Assembly: GCF_000582535.1 (NCBI RefSeq)
Contig: NZ_CP006932.1
Location: 420,001-452,000 of the forward strand
Direction of reading: 5' to 3'
Origin: Candidatus Saccharimonadota bacterium
GTDB taxonomy: Bacteria > Bacillota_I > Bacilli_A > Mycoplasmatales > Hepatoplasmataceae
DNA length: 32,000 bases
Made by a program: the position numbers and the translations under genes. This document shows positions 27,656 through 32,000 of this stretch, one piece after another. The notes under the pieces were generated by a model. It saw only the letters and a program-made list of their open reading frames with translations, had not been told where the DNA came from and made no database searches. Every line of letters begins with the position of its first letter. The stretch's first letter is position 1.

Positions 27656-28200
27656 TATTTCTTTTTATTTTTTTTCTTTGTTTTTGTTAGTTTCTTTTCT
27701 GCTTTTTTTTGTGCCTTAATTGCTTTTGCTTTATCTTTTTCTGCTTTTACTCTATTTTTATTTTGTTTATAGATTGTTTTAATTTCATGTTTTGAATAAT
27801 CTTTATTTTGGTCTTGTACTAAATAAGTCATCACAAATAAACGATGTTTATAATAATTATTATCAGAAATAAGTGAAGCTGTTTTATATATTTTAAAACC
27901 TGAATATATAATTAAAATTATATAAAAAGTAGCAGCAATAAAAATTCATAAACTTTGTAAAAAAATTATAAATCCTTCCATTCCATTATCAGAATTTACA
28001 GTATCACTAATTCCTTGTCCAGCATCAATTATTATTAGTATTCCTAATCCAATTGACATTATTAAAAATCAGATTCAAAATATTAAAATAGGTCAAAGTC
28101 TTTTATTACTATTTTTTCAATCTAATTTTTGTTGTTCTTTTCGAGAAATCTTTTGCTCTGGATTATTTATATTAGTTGTTTCTTTAGAATTATCTTTCAT
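27652..28200 (-). CDS. Small membrane protein with a poly-Lys C-terminal tail (182 aa)
   Basis: Runs from ATG 28198-28200 to the stop at 27652-27654, checked codon by codon (6 TGA). Two hydrophobic segments (WPILIFWIWFLIMSIGLGILIII and FIIFLQSLWIFIAATFYIILIIY) are followed by ...KAEKDKAKAIKAQKKAEKKLTKTKKKNKKKY. Confidence 0.65.
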
Positions 28201-28216
28201 ATTAAATTTATAAATA

Positions 28217-29761
28217 TTAATCTTTAATTAAAACTTCTCCTGTCATTTCTTTTGGAATTTTAATATCTAAAAGATGTAAGATTGTTGGTGCTAAATCTGC
28301 TAATTTAGATTTTATATTTTTTGGATTTGTAAATTTATCTTTAAATATAAGATTTTGATCAGTAATAATTGTTAATACTGGATTTAAAGAATGTGCTGTC
28401 ATCGGTTTTCCTTCTTTTGTAAGCATCACATCAGAATTACCATGATCAGCTGTAATAATCATTACTCCTCCCATTTTATTTACAATTTTATCATAAAGTC
28501 TACCCAACATTTGATCAGCAACTTCACAAGCTTTTATTGCAGCAGGAATAGATCCTGTATGTCCTACCATATCAGGTTGAGCATAATTTATAATAAATAC
28601 ATCTACATCATTTGCATTTTCAATAATTCGATCTGTTAATTCATAAGCTGACATTTCTGGCTTTAAATCATATGTTGCAACTTTAGGAGAGTCTACTAAA
28701 ATCCTTTTTTCATGTTTTTTAGGAATTTCTTGTTGTCCATCTAAGAAAAATGTAACATGAGGATATTTTTCTGTTTCTGCAGCACGCATTTGTACTAATT
28801 TATGATTTTCTAATACTTCACCCAAAAGATGTTTCATATGTTTTGCAGGGTATAAAATATTTGTTTTAATTCCTGCATATTCACGCATTGATGCATAAAA
28901 TAAATTTTTTAATCTTTTCCCTTTTGCTTCATAATCATAATTTGTAATTTTTGTATTAGAACCAATTAACATATGAGACATTTCTCTTGCCCGATCTGAA
29001 CGAAAATTAGCAAATAAAACAGCATCATTATCTTTAATTTGTCCATCTAAATTTTTATTATAAGCAGGAATTAAAAATTCATCAGTAACTTTCTTTTTAT
29101 ATTCTTCTTGAATATATTTAAAAATGTCTTTAAAATTTTCCCCTTTTCGATTAACAATAACATCATAAGAAAGTTGAATTCGATCTCATCTTTTATCACG
29201 ATCCATTGCATAATAACGGCCACTAATTGATGCGATATTTATTTTAGCATCGATTAATTTTTTAATTGATTGTTGTGAAGAAACTGGAGAAACATCTCTT
29301 CCATCTGTAAACGCATGAACAAAAACATTTACATTATGATCTTTTGCAATTTTAGCAAGAGTAATAATATGATCTATATGTGCATGAACTCCCCCATCAG
29401 AACAAAGTCCCATTATATGAAAATTACTATTATTTTTCTTAGCATAGTTTATTGCTTTAAGAAGTATTTTATTATCTTTTAATAAATCCTCTTTGATTTC
29501 TTTATTAATAAGAGCAAGAGATTGATAAACAATTCTTCCAGCTCCAATATTCATATGTCCAACTTCAGAATTACCCATTTGTCCATCTGGAAGACCAACA
29601 AATTTTCCTCCTGTGTTCATTAAAATGCTTGGAAATTGTTTTTTTCATTTATCGATATTTGGTGATTTAGCAAGTTTTACAGCATTTCCTTTTCCTGCTG
29701 GTGCTTGTCCATATCCATCCAAAATAACTAAAGCAACTGGTTTTTTTGTTTTTTTATCCAT
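28217..29761 (-). CDS. gpmI: 2,3-bisphosphoglycerate-independent phosphoglycerate mutase (514 aa)
   Basis: Track pieces 28217-28981 and 29186-29620 share a frame, and I checked the gaps (TGA at 29186 and 29645). Contains VALVILDGYG, GNSEVGHMNIGAGR, CSDGGVHAH, PDMVGHTG and ITADHGN. Confidence 0.93.
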
Positions 29762-29772
29762 AATATTTTAAA

Positions 29773-30477
29773 TTAGCCTTTCTTATTTAAATTTTTCATT
29801 TTTCAATCTGAAAAAACACAATTAAGTTCATATATTTTTTGATCATTTATTTTATTTTCAATCTCTTTTGGATATGAACAAGGTCATTTTACAATTTCTT
29901 GCAATCAACGATTATTGTTTTTTTCATAAGTTTGATTAAGATAAATTAAATTTGTTTTTGGTGTATTTTCAAAAATTTCTCTTGCTCGAAAAATTGTTCC
30001 ATTTACAATTGTAATTAATCTTTTTTTTCTTTTTTCTTCGATAATTGAAAAAAGATCCATTCCTGTTGATATGATAATTTTGTAATTTATTTTAAAGGGA
30101 AAATTATCTAAAAAACTATTTATTTCAATTGCAGCTGTAAGCAAATTTCCTTCTTGAAAATTATTAACTGAATAATGATCTATGAAAGCATAAATCTCAG
30201 TTCCAAATAAATGATAATTATTTATTTGATAATAATTTAAAATTTTTAAAATACTTTCTGTATAAAGATTGATAAATTTTAATTGATCTTTTTCTTTTAA
30301 TTTTTCGATCAAAATCTGATAATTTTCAATATTTATATAAATTGTTGTAATCTTTAATTTATGATTACTACCACTTAAAAATTTCTTAATATCAGGAAAA
30401 TTATTATTAATATTTACATCAATTTCATCAATCGTTCTAATCTTTTTTTTAATATTTAAACGCAAAGAACGAATCAC
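29773..30477 (-). CDS. Hypothetical protein with a degenerate class III nucleotidyl-cyclase-like (palm) pattern (~234 aa)
   Basis: Track ORF 29905-30477 (GTG start, uncertain) continues through three TGA codons to TAA 29773-29775. It has cyclase-like blocks IYINIENYQILIEKL / GTEIYAFI / IISTGMDLFSII / VNGTIFRAREIFE, but the two metal-binding Asp positions are substituted. Confidence 0.5.
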
Positions 30478-30571
30478 AGCCTAATTTTATTTCCTTATCA
30501 TTTTTTATAATACAAACAAATTATAAACTTTATTAATGATTTAATAAAAGTTTATAAATGCAAAAATTGTT

Positions 30572-31138
30572 CTATTCTAATCTTTCATCAGAAATAGAAA
30601 CAGAATTTATAAATAAAAGATAAATTCCATTAATTGCTAGTGTTATAAAAGCAATAACAAGCATTATAATATCATCTACTGTGTATTTTTCAACAATTTC
30701 TATTCCCGGAATATTATTTATAATATTTCAAGCTGGATCATTTTGATATAAATTTGCATAATATAATATTTTTTCAGCATAAAAAAAATATAAAGTAATA
30801 AATAAAATAATCACAATTGCAATAAAAAGACCATAATATATATTTTGAAATTTGGCGATTTTAAAACTAGTAATTAAAAAAACAATAGAAACAGCAAAAA
30901 TTGCTGCAAAAATAAACATAAATACGATTGGTGTATATGTTTCTTTATCTAAATCAGAAGCAATTGGAAATCCATCTAAATCATTATTAAATTTAACTGT
31001 ATCAGATAATTTAATTGATGCAACTGTAAAAAAAGAAACTAAAGTAACTACTGCAAAAATTAAAAAAACAAACTTAAAAATAAAAAATTTATCTTCAAAT
31101 GTTAACTCTCTTTTTTCCTTATTTTTTGCTTTTGCCAT
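30572..31138 (-). CDS. Small integral membrane protein (188 aa, ~4-5 TM)
   Basis: I place the start at ATG 31136-31138 (MAKAKNKEKRE), since the track's TTG is at 31153. It continues through TGA 30728-30730 to TAG 30572-30574 (checked). Confidence 0.65.
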
Positions 31139-31153
31139 AATTAAATTATACAA

Positions 31154-31750
31154 TTAAAAATAATTTGAAAATAAATTTTTGATTGCTCTTAAATTAGTTT
31201 TATTTATTGCTGAATATAAAATAATATTATTTTTATTTAATTTAATTTTAATTTCCTTTATAAATGCTGCTTTTTCTTTTTGATTTACCTTATCTAATTT
31301 AGTAGCAACAATTTGATAATTTATCTTATTTTCTTGTAAATAACTAATCATTAAAAAATCATCATTTGAAAGTTTTCTTCTAATATCTAAAAGTAAGATT
31401 GCAAGATCCAAATTATTTCGCTTCGAAAAATAATCTCCCAGCATTTTAGAAAATATTTGCAATTGCTTTTTACTTACATTTGCATATCCATAACCAGGAA
31501 TATCGACCAAACGAAATTTATTATCAACATCAAAAAAAGAAATGGCACGTGTTTTTCCTGCTTTATTTGATTTTTTTGCAAGTTGTTTATTGTTTGCGAT
31601 TGTATTTATAAATGTTGATTTACCAACATTTGATCTTCCAATTATTACAATCTCTTTTAAATTATCATTAGGCATTTTATCTAAACTATCTGTAGTAAGT
31701 AAATACTTTACATTTTTTAAGAAATTATTATTATCTAATTGATCATTCAA
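31154..31750 (-). CDS. engB: Ribosome-biogenesis GTPase EngB/YsxC
   Basis: Has G1 GRSNVGKSTFIN, G3 DIPGYGYA and G4 ATKLDK. The TTG start follows GGGGTGA. Confidence 0.88.
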   Translation of the reverse strand: MNDQLDNNNFLKNVKYLLTTDSLDKMPNDNLKEIVIIGRSNVGKSTFINTIANNKQLAKKSNKAGKTRAISFFDVDNKFRLVDIPGYGYANVSKKQLQIFSKMLGDYFSKRNNLDLAILLLDIRRKLSNDDFLMISYLQENKINYQIVATKLDKVNQKEKAAFIKEIKIKLNKNNIILYSAINKTNLRAIKNLFSNYF

Positions 31751-32000
31751 ATTTTTTCACCCCCGCTCCTATAAAAACAATAATCATTACTAAAGGTGTA
31801 AATGAATAAAGAATTGATTGGGAATCAGAAATATCAAATAAAACAAAAGGATCAATAAAAAATTTAAGTCAATCTTCTGCTGGTTCCGAAAATAAATTTG
31901 TAATGAAAGTATTTAATGAATCAACATTTTTAAATACAATAGTAGCAGGAACTTCATTTCCTAAAAAATCAACTGAAATCTTTTCAAGATTTTGAAATGT
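31731..32000 (-). CDS. 3' end of an unidentified gene (C-terminal 89 aa, hydrophobic tail), truncated by the window edge
   Basis: The frame is open from 32000 to TAA 31731-31733 with TGA read as Trp. Ends ...SILYSFTPLVMIIVFIGAGVKKFEWSIR. It overlaps the engB start by 20 nt. Confidence 0.5.

Noticed and set aside
28391-28639. Plus-strand ORF inside gpmI. The plus-strand ORFs 30852-31157 and 31542-31742 are similar cases.
   Set aside because: They are antisense shadows of gpmI, of the membrane protein at 30572-31138 and of engB respectively. None has a supporting motif.

Overview
This is a very AT-rich chromosomal window that only reads sensibly under genetic code 4 (UGA = Trp), which points to a Mollicutes-type genome (Mycoplasma/Mesoplasma-like). 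The supplied ORF track uses standard stops, so it splits or misses many genes. I re-joined frames by hand. Layout: (i) 1-3.7 kb holds the 3' part of a membrane transporter with a His-rich loop, an MBL-fold hydrolase, a possible hicB/hicA-like pair (the hicA-like ORF is interrupted by TAA), two tandem paralogous membrane-protein genes (one absent from the track) and tRNA-Leu(CAA). (ii) 3.7-7.6 kb is an accessory stretch. An aquaglyceroporin gene has its last ~300 bp duplicated 1.25 kb downstream as a decaying remnant, and the duplication brackets an AbiD/HEPN-like gene. Next comes a Kid/MazF/ToxN-fold toxin gene preceded by a promoter, a repeat-containing structured RNA and a terminator (a type III TA-like layout), then a block of decayed small ORFs. 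(iii) 7.6-17.3 kb (minus strand) is a complete S10-spc ribosomal-protein operon, rpsJ to rplO (20 genes). It ends at a strong terminator instead of continuing into secY-adk-map. (iv) 17.4-27.7 kb is a glycan-biosynthesis locus, galE-glf-GT2-GT2 and ugd-GT2, enclosing two large uncharacterised envelope proteins on the opposite strand. (v) 27.7-32 kb holds a small Lys-tailed membrane protein, gpmI, a degenerate cyclase-like protein, a small multi-TM protein, engB and the 3' end of another gene. I recognised no rRNA, CRISPR array, transposase or integrase. All homology statements come from by-eye motif recognition, not from searches.
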